A stretch of DNA of 64,000 bases, taken from the human T2T-CHM13v2.0 reference genome, Homo sapiens. This document shows positions 17,735 through 35,249 of this stretch, piece by piece (position 1 is the stretch's first letter; every line of letters starts with the position of its first letter). Below the pieces are notes generated by a model that was not told where the DNA came from, did no database searches, and saw nothing but the letters and a program-made list of their open reading frames with translations. Made by a program: the position numbers and the translations under genes. The stretch is from the NCBI RefSeq assembly GCF_009914755.1, contig NC_060925.1; one strand, written 5' to 3'.

Positions 17735-17808
17735 GTCTCTGTGGCGCAATCGGTCAGAGCGTTCGGCTATTAACCGAACGGTGAGTAGTTCAAGACCACC
17801 CAGGGACG
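17735..17808 (+). tRNA. TRN-ATT1-1: tRNA-Asn-derived gene with ATT anticodon (degenerate, probably non-functional)
   Basis: GTCTCTGTGGCGCAATCGGTCAGAGCGTTCGGCTATTAACCGAACGGTGAGTAGTTCAAGACCACCCAGGGACG (74 nt) is the human Asn-GTT body with 9 substitutions against the recalled consensus. Anticodon ATT at 17769-17771; two A-C mismatches in the T stem; T4 at 17820-17823. The symbol is assigned by anticodon family; exact copy identity is unverified. Confidence 0.92.
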
Positions 17809-18469
17809 CCTGTTCTAGCTTTTAAAGCATTCATGTATTATCATCACTAGAGAATCTCCCCCTATTCTTCCCATAGTCCTAAGTCCGAAAGGTTGGTTCC
17901 AGGCCAGCCAGGGATATGCCCATTTCAGGAAGGTTTTTCTCTTCTCAGGATTCTAGTCACAGTTAACAGGGATCCCTATCAAGAGCCACCCCACTCAGAG
18001 ATCCAATTCTGACAGAGCATCTCCTGAAATGTCAGGTTGTCTTGTGCCTGAGTGCAAGAATCAGAGACCAAACAAGTCACTTCTGGTGCGATAAAATCCT
18101 CATGCCTGCCCCTTATAGGCTTGGATGGATTATAGACCAGCTTCCATTTTTTTCATTTTTAATAGGAGGCCTAGAGAGGTGTCCTATCCCCAGGATGGGC
18201 CTGGATTTAGTGATTGCTCAATCAATAATGTGACCAGTGGAATCATTGATCATCATAATAATCCTCTCCATCATTTTTGAAAACAGCATTTCCCCCTTCA
18301 GTTTGTACATGATTTACTTAACCCTTTTCAAAATGTGTTTGAAGAGATTGGCTTCATGATTTTAGTACTACAAAGAATCTTGAAACCATCATTCTTGTAC
18401 ATATATCTTTGACCACTGATATTTCTATAGTGTAGAGAACTAGAGGTGCCACTGCTACATTACAGGCTT

Positions 18470-19992
<1,523 letters not shown>

Positions 19993-21579
19993 TGTCATTG
20001 TTTCCTGTGGTGACCAAGTCACATGGGTCCAGAGAAGACAGATCACAGTGACTTCTTTGATAGCTTTCTGCCAAGTCGCTTATCCAAAGAAAGCAAAATC
20101 ACAATGGTCCCAGATATTTTTTTTCTCCTCCCCTTTCCTCTTTTCTTTGTAAATCTTGATTTTACTTTTATTTGCTGAAAACAATCTAATGCCAGTTCTC
20201 CCTTCTATATTAATGGAGAATGAGCATGCAAATAAGTGTCTCTATATGATTCCTTGATAGATTTCTTTCAGAGGCTATGTCTATAAAAATTAGTCCATCT
20301 GAGACCCATCATTGGAGCCAACAGAATCCGGCACCTAACAGGCCCCTGGTGCAGACCTGGATCCTTAGAGCTATTGGCTCTTGTTCCCGCAGTTCTTCTG
20401 TTTTCATGAGCAGAAACTGAGCAATTTTGCTTTAAAATACTAAGTATGGTCATTGGACAAGTCCTTTCCTTCTCTCTCTCTCTCTCTCTCTCATGTTTGC
20501 ATCATTGTTTTCTGCCATCAGTGGCATCAGTGTAGATTTCTGGTAAATATTATGGAGTGAATTTCTCAGGACACTCTCTGTTGGGTGGTGTTTGGCAAGA
20601 ATCCATCCGTTTGGTGATACCTGACAGCTAATCTAGTCTGTGAGTCTTTTTTGATTGTTTATTCATTGTCCTGAGGATAATTGTATTTCCTGATATTTGA
20701 GACTGCAGCAAATGGGAAGTTGCTCATATCTCATCTTTCCAATGTTTGGTAAAAATTTTATGGGCCCAGTAGCTGTCAATATCTGCAAGAGTGGCATCTC
20801 TATTATAAAGATGATCTTACTACTCAATGCCCCTCACCCCCAACCAAATTTCATTCCGTAGGAGCTCTTGGCCATAACAAATTAATAGACCTAAAGGAGA
20901 TCTTAGCACAGGAAGAAAACTGAATCTGCAGCATGTAAGGAACAGTTTTCTTTGATTCATATATTCAGGTTTCTAACTAGCTGAAAAATTCAAATATATG
21001 CCCTTTAAGGATGAAGTTTAAATCACACTACAGAAAGGAGAAAAAAAGAGTGATATGATCACAAGTAAGCAATGGAATCAGCAATTTGAGCACTTCTCAC
21101 AACTACACAAATCAAATTTAACAATCTCTAGAACAGTAAGGAAGTTCAGCCCTTAATGAAAATGGATGAAAAGAAATTATTCATTCACTTTTATATGCCT
21201 GGAAGGAGAATGTCCTGCCAGACTCAAAAGGGGATCAAAGAATTACTCAGATTTTCAGCAGTGAGGGTTTTCCAAGGATCTAATGATGTTAATTTTTCAG
21301 TTTGTTTCCCTCACTCATAAGCATTGTTAATAGACACAATTGCCTCTGTTTTCACCTTAAATGATGTTACATAACCCAATTATTTGCTTTCGAATGCCCC
21401 CTGGTTTGGTGGAAGGAATTTTTCTAATGTATAAATATATTTTCTTATGAAACCAATTGGCATACTCTTTCAGTGGAGTGAATAGATAAATTAAGTCTCT
21501 AAAACTTTAAAGAAATTACTGCCTGATTATCTGAAGTACAGTAATAATCACATATATAAAATTAAAATAAGAAAATTAA

Positions 21580-22030
<451 letters not shown>

Positions 22031-22034
22031 AATG

Positions 22035-22412
22035 CAAGGATGTAATAGTCCCTTCCCAAAACTAACCCCTGAGGAGCTAAGGGATGTATGCACACAAGTA
22101 ACTGTGTTCTATTCAGGTGACCTTACCAAAGAGAAAGAAGTTTCAAAGCCCCCTTGGGCCCTCACTGCTGCCCAGATGTCTGGGAGTGTCAGCCACCTCT
22201 TGACCTCAATCCCCTGCTTCTTACCCCTTTCCCTAACATACAAGAAGCCAGAAATTTTTATTAACTTGAGATGTTTCTTTAGGACATTAGTTCACCATCT
22301 TCTTGGTTTACTAGCCCTCTGAAATAAAGTCACCTTCCCTGCCCCAACACCTTGTGTCTCCTGACTTCTTGGCTGTCATGCAGCAAGTAGGGTGAGATTT
22401 GGACTCAGTTAC
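22035..22412 (+). mobile_element. ERV1 (MER4-group-like) LTR fragment
   Basis: aataaagtcaccttccctgccccaacacc...ggtgagatttggactcagttac resembles an LTR R/U5 end. Confidence 0.6.
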
Positions 22413-22798
22413 TTACTAATTCAGTAGGTAATATCTTTAAAAGGAGATAATTCTAGAAACTAGGAGACTGAATTATTCCACTTACAATTTCTTCGTAAAT
22501 ATATTTAGATGTCATCTAATACATGATGCCATCATCCTCTATTAAATGTCAGCTCAATGTATAATTTCAAGATATATAGTTAATTTTAAAATCCATGACC
22601 AATATTAATGATTATATGGAGTTAATAATGGAGTTAATAAATAATTTTGATAATAATAATAGAGTTAATAAATAATAATAATTAATTTCGATTGCCTTAA
22701 AATTAGTTAATAAATAATAATAAATAATTTTGATTGCCTTAAGATTCTCTCTCTATATTACTTTACTTGGAGAATAGTGTTGCTTGTTGAGTTCACAA

Positions 22799-22861
22799 CA
22801 TATATATGTGTGTATATATATATGTGTGTGTGTATATATATGTGTGTGTATATATATACAC

Positions 22862-22918
<57 letters not shown>

Positions 22919-22925
22919 CATACAT
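22799..22925. repeat. Compound (TA)n/(TG)n/(CA)n microsatellite
   Basis: Seen directly; abuts the tail of the antisense Alu at 22925-23222. Confidence 0.95.
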
Positions 22926-23222
22926 TTTTTTTCTGTTTTTGAGACAGAGTCTCACTCTGTCACCAAGGCTGGACTGCAGTGGTGCAATGATAGCTCACTG
23001 AAACTTCAGCCTCCAGAGCTCAGATGATCCTCCTGCCTCAGTCTCCCAAGTAGCTGAGACTATAGGTTCCCCCCACCACACCTGGCTAATTTTTGTATTT
23101 TTAGTAGAAATGGGGTTTCACCATTTTGGCCAGGCTGATCTCAAACCCCTGACCTCAAGTGATCCGTCCACCTCATCCTTCCAAAGTGCTAGAATTACAG
23201 GCATGAGCCACCTCGCCTGGCC
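22925..23222 (-). mobile_element. Alu, antisense
   Basis: Alu consensus. Confidence 0.92.
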
Positions 23223-23862
23223 CTACGTATTGAATTTTTTTACGTGGCATTAGCTTTTAAATCAAAGCTACCACCAAAAGCCAGCTTTGCAAAGAGAGTA
23301 TATCACTGAGAACCATGTACAACATGTAACGCTGGTGAGTTTTAATTATACCTCAGTAAACTTGACTTAAAAAAAAAGACATTCCCAGATTTTGGCACAA
23401 CGGAAGCATTATAATCTTCTATTCATTTCTGGCAAGAGTATAAATAAGTTCAAAAACTTTGGAAAATTGTTTGCCTGTATATTCTAGTGGTAAAACACAC
23501 ATACATATATGCTATGACCCAGAAATTCAACTTTTCTACCCCATAGACTTGTGCTTTCCAATATGATAGCCACAAACCACGGGTAGCTATTGAACACTTG
23601 AAATCTTGCTAGTGTCACATGGGGTAATGATAATACCTTAAATATATTTAGTTGAATATATATTATAAAAAATAATTTCACCTCTTTCTTTTTACTTTTT
23701 AAAACATGTCTACTAATACATTTAAAAGTACGTATATGCCTGGCATTATATTTCTATTGGAATTTCTATTTCTAGAGAAACGTGAATATGGTTTACCAAA
23801 GACATGTAAAACAAATACATATTTATTCAAAATATTCCTAAACTATAAAGAATTCAAATGTC

Positions 23863-24324
23863 TGAGGAAAGAAAAGAAATTTTATGTGAGGAAAGTGAGT
23901 GCTTTCAAATTAACAAGCCCAGAGTTAGGCATTAAAATGAGACAGCAACAATGTCTTATGTCCCTGTTTTGAAGCCGTGTATTCATCTATTAAAACAGCT
24001 TGCTATCATCACAAGTGGCTATAAAGCAACCTAAACATGCTGCACTGGACACCATCTCTCACTCCCTGTAGCTGAACAATGTATAGCTAATCATTAATCA
24101 ATGTTATTTCTGTAAACTTCAGGGAGTTCCTGACAGGCAATTTTGTACCAGCCAACTCCCCGTCTCCCTTTTTGGTCTTTAGAAACCTGCTTGTAACAAA
24201 GGGCAAATGGAGCCCACATCCAAGATTGCTTGGATCTGAGTCTTCCAGGCAAGTGTCCTCACATTGGCTCAAACAAACTTTTTAAATCATGTTTGTGCTT
24301 AAGCCCCTTCCTTCTAGGTCGACG
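23863..24324 (+). mobile_element. 5' LTR of ERV1-class provirus (MER34/MER39-like)
   Basis: Starts tgaggaaagaaaagaaattttatgtgagga and ends ttctaggtcgac(g); followed by ttttggccc and retroviral internal sequence. Subfamily recalled only. Confidence 0.7.
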
Positions 24325-24395
24325 TTTTTGGCCCAGGGAGCAGAATGCAGAGCGACTCATCTCTGACCATCTGACTGTCCTCTCAAAGGCCTCCA

Positions 24396-25079
24396 GGGTG
24401 GCTACATAGTAGTAAGAATTTGATTGGTGAGATCAGTTTGCAGTCCAGGAAGAGACAGTCTCCGGTGTGTGTCTTTGAAGAGGTGCTTTCTCTTCAGAGA
24501 GAGAGAGAGAGAGGGCAGGTTGGTTTTTGTGCCTCACACGGTGTGTATCACACAATGGAGTTATACATATTCAGCAGGTTTGGAGAAACGCCATTTCTGA
24601 GGGGTGTTGAGCTCATGTGCAACGGGTAAACATATATGTAACGTGCACCCCATCTTCATATTGGGAAGAGATTTTAGCATTAAAATTAGATGGAAATTGG
24701 CTCTTTATGTCAAAAGGTGAACTATAGGACATGAAGTCGGTTTGTGTGCAGTCCCTGTAACATGGCTGAAACTGGCTTGAGGTCTGCAGTTGCTTATCAG
24801 GAAAGAATGGAAGGGCACTCCTCTGTCCCATCAGAGGTCTGGTGATCTGGGTTGTAAATCCAGTTGAGAATTGCTGGGAAGATTTTGACAATTTGCCTGC
24901 TAGCTCCTATTGTTAAGGAGTTTAGCAAGAGTGTGGTTTTTCTTCTAGCCACAGAAATTTAGGAAGTTGCTATGGCAGTCCAGCCCTGAATCCTTGACCC
25001 GTAGGTAACTTTTGTTTTCTTAACCTTAGAGTCTGTCTTAGTCTACAAGGTGACATCTATTTTTGTCTCTCAGACCACA
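24396..25079 (-). mobile_element. Nested antisense MER4-group ERV1 LTR
   Basis: Reverse complement begins tgtggtctgagagacaaaaatagatg...taaggttaagaaaacaaaagttacctacgggtc; left boundary uncertain. Confidence 0.65.
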
Positions 25080-25514
25080 TTCCTCCTGGACTAGGTGCCT
25101 GGCCAGCTTTGAAATCCTCACGTTCTGACTCAGAGAAACAGATGGGCAGTAAGTGGTGAATCCTCCTGAAATCTGGACCTTCCCACTCTTTGGTTGAAGG
25201 CCTGGAGTTTGCTTGAGTTGTCCTTTCCAGCCTTCCCTTTCTACGATGGAGGTTTTCTGTCTTTACCCTCCGGTTAAGAGACTTGAGTTTCAGGGGGAAA
25301 AAACTGCCCTTTCCACCTCTGCCTCAGGACAGAAAGTTTGGGTCACAGTCAGGCAAAGGACTGTGTGGAAAGCTTCTGCCTTTTCTGCCTCTGTCCCTCA
25401 TCAGGAAGGTCTGGGTCAAGATATTGGCAGGTAGGCACCGGTGGTTTTGTTTTCTGTAGCATGCTTTTATGAAAGTTTGAACTTAGGTTTTCACTTGTGA
25501 CTAATTCTTGTTAG

Positions 25515-25874
<360 letters not shown>

Positions 25875-26979
25875 TGATCTGCTCCCGCTGACCCTTTCAG
25901 GGGCTACAAGTGACCAGGGACGCTGCAGAGGTGTCACGGTCACTACTCACCATGTGAAGGCGGCCTCATAGAGCATTCCCCATCAGAAGAATATATTTAC
26001 GAATCCCCTTTCCTGCTCTTCTGGGAGGGTATATGAGCGATGAGTCCCCCAGAGCAGATGCACTCTGTGGCCACCTGGTGGTTAGAAACAGTGGGAGCCA
26101 CTGAGACAGTGATACACAACTCCGGTGATATCTGTAAGAGTGACTACATAAGCAGGACACTGTGACCCAAAACACATCCCAGATTTTGGTCATCTTTGCA
26201 AAGCTCCTGAATTATGGGAAATCAAGCTTCAAAATCTGAGGATACTCTGAAGAAACAACCGCGTTTAGAACCACCAGCTGGGTTTCTGTATAACAGTTAT
26301 GAAGCATCCTCTTGTAAATATCCAAGAAACCTGACCCACCTAACCAGAAAAACTCATAAGTAGAATGGAGGAAATGGGGATCTTTTGAAATGACTAAAAT
26401 AATTTATTAGGGCACACAATTGGAAAAATTTGGTTTTAGAATCAGGCAAATTAAATGGGAGACTTACTTCCAATGATACCTAGAAATTTCTAAAAGAACT
26501 ACTGAGAAAATTGCCTCCATTGAGGATTTAAACTGGGGATATCTGATGCTTTTTCTGAATTGAGAAATATTGAGGAGGCTTTGTCTCTTTCGCCTCCAAC
26601 TGCTCCTTTTCCTCCTGCCCCTGCACCTGCATAGTCTCCCTTACCTGAGCCCTCCTGTCCTGCCTTGCCTCTTCTTCCATCACCATCACCTGAGGAAAGT
26701 CCCCAGGGCTCTGGCCCCTTCCCTGAAACTTCTGTTCTGGCAGCCCCTTTCAAGGTAAAACCCACAGGAAGAGGGGAGCCTACTATTGTGTATACTGCTT
26801 CACCATAATGTGAATTAAGAATATTGTAAAAGACTTCCCTTTTCTAAATTGAAATACATTTTCCTCTTCTCTTTCTAAAGCAGGCTCTGCTTTAGATTTA
26901 GAAGTAGATTGGAGGAGAATTTAGCAATGCACTTAAAAGGCCAAATAAATCTGTCATTGATATTTTAAATGGTTGAAAA

Positions 26980-27237
26980 TTATTTATTTATTTATTTATT
27001 GAAACAGGTTCTCACTCTGTCACCCACGCTGGAGTGCAGTGGCTCCATCATGGCCCACCACAGCCTCAAACTTCTGGGCTCTAGCAATCCTCCCACCTCA
27101 GCCTCCGAGTAGATGAGGCCACAGGTGCATGCCACCACGCCTGGCTAATTCTTCAACTTTTTATAGAGAGGAGGTCTCACTTTGGTTTCCAGGCTGGTCT
27201 TGAACTCCTGGGCTCAGTCAATCCTCCCGCGTCAGCC
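26980..27237 (-). mobile_element. AluJ-like, truncated, at the gag/RNase H junction of the ERV
   Basis: Alu consensus ending gtcagcc, immediately followed by RNase H coding sequence. Confidence 0.88.
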
Positions 27238-28574
27238 TAATATTTACACTGACCACGGAGATGCATTTGGAGAAGGTGGTGATTTTGGAATGCTTTAGAA
27301 GCAACCTAGGTTTCTTATTTCACCAGGTCAACCCACCAAAAATGACCAATAAGTCTCTGAACTCTTAGGAGCAATTTGAAAACCCAAATCTTTGGCCATC
27401 ATCAAAATTCCTTGTCATTCAAAATTAGGTACTCTGGAGAGCAAGGACAACCATTTTGCTGATGCTGCAGCTAAGAATGCAGCTCTGAAGGTGACAAGAG
27501 ACACAGAACTTCTCTAAATGACCTTGCTGACTTATGACCCATTGAAAACGTTATTAGAAGAAGCACACATGGGATCTCCCAAGCAGAAGATAGATCTCTG
27601 GCAAGATAAAGGGAACAAGTTTTTCTTCAGAAACAGGCGTATGGTATGGGCCCAATGATACACTGATCTACCCCTTAGGCTTCAATTACCCTTTTTAAAG
27701 TAGTTCATAAGCTGACTCATTGGAATTCAGACTAAATGATAGCATGGGGAAAGCAGTGCTATTGAAAACCATCGCCTATGATTGCACAAGAGGTTTATTC
27801 TTGTAGTACTATCTGTTCTGTCCCAAACATAATCCTGGAAAACCCCTTCATGGGTCACAGGGACATTTTAACTTTAGGACCCTTTGAGACATGGCAGTTA
27901 GACTTTATCCAGCTGTCTCCATCTCAGGGTCACAGATACTTTCTGGTGCTAATTTATATGTGCTCTCACTGGGGTGAAGCATTTCCATACTGATGAGCCA
28001 CAGCCCAAGTAGCAGGTAGACTGTGATTAGAAAAAAATCATTCCTCATGGGGAATGCCATCTGATCTACATAGCAACCGAGGAACACACTTTATCAGGCA
28101 GGTAGCTGGATCCATTTGTAATGTTTAGCCTATGTCCCAACATTTCCATTGTGCCTGTCACCCCTAATCCTCTGGACTAGTGCAACTCAATAATGATACA
28201 ATAAAAACTCAATTGACAAAGATAACAGAAGTTTTTAACCTTCCCTGGCCAAAGATCCCCCACTGTTTCTGGAAAACTTCCACTCCCTCCCTTTGAAATA
28301 ATAACAGGAAGACCCATGCAGTGGTTAGATGAAGGGGCTTATGAACCTGCACTTCTTAAAGGTAACATTCTCCATTATTGCTAAGTTCTCACAAAACTTC
28401 TTACCAAGAGCTCCAAAATTAATAAAATATTCCTTTCATAATGAGCTGCTGAGGGATGAAAATATAAAAAATTATGCCTATAAACTGGAGAAAACATCAA
28501 ATACTGGAAACAATATCAAATAAAATATTCCCTCCAAGTCCACTGGAGAGCACCACGTAGGTATTATTAATATT

Positions 28575-31497
28575 ATTATTATTATTTTTTGAGATGGGGT
28601 CTCACTCTGTTGCCCAGGCCAGAATGCAGTGGTGTGATTATAACTCACTGTAGCCTTTACCTCCTGGGATCAAGCCATCTTCCTCCCTCAGTCTCCCAAC
28701 TAGCTGGGACCAGAGGTGCGGGCCACTGCACCTGGCTCACATCAGGTATTATTTCCCAATCTCTGTGGCAGTAAACATAAGGGCATTGACACACAGATTC
28801 ATGTTTCTCATATCTAAAAGGCAACCCTACCACAGTGGACATCTGTCAGTGGAGGTTTTCACTTAAAGGTGACCTGCAATCTTCCTAACCAAGATGGCAA
28901 GTAGCTGACATCTGTTATGGTACAATTTCACCCAACATACCGGCCTGTATAAGCAGCTATTCACAATTCCAGTGCTTACTGCAACTGAAAGAGTTGGTCT
29001 CTTTTTCTATTGACTGGAATACGTACACTGTTAGGGCTCCTTTAAGTTGTAAATTCCTCCTGATTGCACTGACAATGCAAACCAGGGTCACATCAAGCAA
29101 AACCTGTTTATCGAATCTGTCTGACTCATCCTTACCTTCCTGCCCCCCATGTTTCAGTTTAACCCATCATAATTGTACGTCAAAATAACTGCCTGTAATC
29201 CCAGCACTTTAGGAGGCCAAGGCAGAAGGATCACTTGAGCCCAGGAGTTTGAGACTAGCCTGGGCAAAGTGGTGAAACCCTGTCTCTATAAAATATACAA
29301 AAATTAGCTGGGCATGGTGGTGCCCACTTTTAGTCCCAGCTACTCAGGAGTATGAGGTGAGAGGATGACTGGAGCCCAGGAGTTCGAGCCTGCAGTGAAT
29401 TCTGATGACACCACTGCACTCCGGACTGGGCAAAAGAGTGAGACCCTGTCTCAGAAAGTAAATAAATAAGCTGGGCATGGTGGTGGTGTGTCCCTGTAAC
29501 TCCAGCACTCGGGAAGCTGAGGTAGGATGATTCATTGAGCCCTGAAGGTCAAGAGGTCAAGACTGTACTGGCCTGTGATCTTGCCACAGCACTCCAGCGT
29601 GGGCAACAGTGAGACCCTGGCTGAAAAGGAACAAAAATCCGAAACAAAACCAACCAAACAAAAAATGTTGCCTCACTCTGAAATAGCAGTAGTAAACACC
29701 ATGATGCTATTGGAAAGTTAAGAGAAAAACACTCCCTCCTGCAATCAGGATCCAACCTGCCCTCTTGCTCTAACATGTGTGACCCATAGTTTAAATGCCG
29801 AAAGCTGATGTACCCAAATTATACTACACTTACCTGTTGTGCACCAGCATTTATTTTGTCTCTGGAGGAGATCACCATCCATGGCCCTTAAATGTCTGAA
29901 GGCATGGAATGATGAAATGCAATGTCTTTTAGGATATTTGGTCACCGCTATATATATATAGCTACTAAGGAAGCTGAGGTGGGCGGACTGCTTGAGCCTG
30001 AGAGGTCAAGGCTGCAGAGACCCATGATCATACCACTCCACTCCAGCCTGGGCAACAGAGCGAGACACTGTCCCAAGAAAAAAAAAAAATTATTCGATGT
30101 AGTCCTAAAACTATTATGTAGAATACTATTGTTTACATCACATCACGTCAGCCCTTTAAATGGCTTAACGCTTATTTAGGTACAATCCGTAAAGTTTTCC
30201 TGGTAATTAAGTATACCGAAGAACAATTAAGTATAAAAGAGTTACTGCCTTGACAGGAAGATTGTAAAAATTGTAAAAAGATAAATAAATAAATAAGAGT
30301 CAAAACTGTAGCTCTGTGAGGCTCAAATAACATCTAATTCAAGTCACAATGAACATCTAGCAATCACTGTGAACACCACATAATTCACTTAATACATTTT
30401 GCCTGAACGCCCAACACATCTGAATTACCAACACCGTATGTAGCCAAGAAACTGACAATCATTTATAAATTATCACCTATGACTCCATCTGCTCTACGCA
30501 CTTATTTTTTAAATTTTACTCATTTATTTATTATTTTTATTTTTTGTAGAGAAGGGATCTCACTATGTTGCCCAGGTTGGTCCAGAAACAGAAACAGACC
30601 CACACTAATTTCATAAATCGGATGACCATACAGTCATCCGATTTATGAAAAAAAGTGCCAAACGGTGCAGAAGGAAAAGGATAGTCTTTTCAACAAATGG
30701 TGCTGGATCAAGCAGACACATCCATGTAGTAAAAAGTGAATCATAGCCGGGTGGGGTGGCTCATGCCTGTAATCCCAGCACTCTGGGAGGCTTAAGTGGG
30801 AAGATTACTTGAGCCCAAGAGTTTGAGACAAACCTGGGAAACATGTTGAATCCCCATCTCTACAAAAAATATGAAAATTAGCCAGGCATGGTGGCACACT
30901 CCTATAGTCACAGCTACTCAGGAGGCTGAGGTGGGAGGATCGCTTGAGCCAGGAGGTGGAGGTTGCAGTGAGCTGAGATCCTGCCACGGCAATCTAGCCT
31001 GGACAACAGAGTGAGGCCCTGTCTGAAAAAAAAAAAAAAAAGAAATGCAAAAACTAAAATAAAATTGCTATAAGGTTAACACAGAAAAATGTGTTCATAC
31101 TCCTAGGTTAGGCATTGATTTTTAAACAGGACACAAAAAGCAGTAACCATAAAGGAAAAGATTGATAAAGTATAATTTCATTAAAATTAAGAATCTCAGG
31201 CTGGGTGCAGTGGCTCATGCCTGTAATCCCAACACTTTGGGAGGCCGAGGCAGGTGTATCACCTGATCCTAGGAATTCCAGACCAGCCTATGCAATGTGG
31301 CAAAACCCTATCTCTACTAAAAATACAGAAAAGAGCTGAGTGTGGTGGTGCTCCGCTGTAGGTCCCAGCTACTTGGGGGCTGAGGCAGGAGCAACACCTG
31401 AGCCTTGGGAGGTCAAGGTTGCGGTCAGCTGTGATTGTGCCACTGCACTCCAGCCTGGGCAACAGAGTGAGATCTTGTCTCAAAAAGAAAAAAAAAG
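28575..31497. mobile_element. Alu-rich block (~28575-28738 -, 29190-29660 +, 29955-30090 +, 30746-31045 +, 31199-31497 +) with L1 ORF2 pieces from ~30580 onward
   Basis: Alu consensus matches; L1-like aaggatagtcttttcaacaaatggtgctgg. Confidence 0.85.
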
Positions 31498-31674
31498 TTA
31501 GAGAATCTCCACTCATGAATAAGCACCATTAAAAGAGTGAAAAGGCAAGCTACAGATTGAAAAAAGGGAAATGCAATACACATATATCTTAGAAAGGACG
31601 CATATCCAGAATAAAGTATTACAAATCAACAGAAAAACAAGCATATCAATAAAAACTGGATAAAAAGATTTAGC

Positions 31675-32200
31675 ACCGCGTTCACTCAGATGCTCACGCA
31701 GCCTCGCGACCCTCACCTACCCCTCCCAATACCGCCGCTGTCTCAACCGCCGCCCAGCCCATAGCCTGCGCCAGCTGGCTCCTCAGGGTCCCGCTCGGCG
31801 CGTCAGGAGAGCCCAAGGCGCAGGCGCAGCGGGGCCCTAAAGGTACATGGCCGCCTCTGCCGCACAGCGGGTTCGCGCGGGCCAGGAAAAGGAGTAACCG
31901 AGCGGATAGACAGAGTGCAGCAGAGACCGGGAAATCCCTCTCTCCCCTCCGCCTCTCTTTTAAAGCACCAGCCCTTGACCCTACAAATCGCTGATTTCCC
32001 GGGCCACTTGAACCGCCCCTGACAGGTTAAAGGGGCAGAAGACACACCCCCTCGGGGGCCCGGAGCGACCCCGCGCTTAGGACTGCAGGCCTGGTGCTGC
32101 AGCACCGCCCCCGAGTCTGACTTCCAGGCCCGGGCATGGGGTGCAGACGCACAGACGTGGGAAGGCAACCCCCAGCTCCCCCGAGAGGTGGCCTTAGGTC
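31675..32200 (-). promoter_or_regulatory. CpG island resembling the NBPF promoter / non-coding exon 1, detached
   Basis: Dense CpG. Minus strand reads ctgaggagccagctggcgcaggctatgggctgggcggcggttgagacagcggcggtattgggaggggtag|gtgagg (donor after 31717), which I recall as NBPF 5'UTR exon-1 sequence. Abrupt junction with L1 at ~31673. Confidence 0.6.
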
Positions 32201-32434
32201 ACTCGCAAAAACAATAACCCACATGTCAGTGGGACTTGTAGTGATTTTCTAATTTAAATTAATAACAGATTTTGCAGATGGGCTTCCACTGAAATAAGCC
32301 TTTGAGAAAAAGAAAAACTTTTTCAACAAGATTAGGAAATACCAAGAAATAGGAAGTAAAGCCATGCCGTCCACCCAGCTAACAACTTTGAAAACTTGAA
32401 ATTTTATCTAAGGCAAATGCTTGCATAACTTTAG

Positions 32435-33346
<912 letters not shown>

Positions 33347-33356
33347 ATAATAATTA

Positions 33357-35225
<1,869 letters not shown>

Positions 35226-35249
35226 CACATGACAATCCTACCCAAATCA

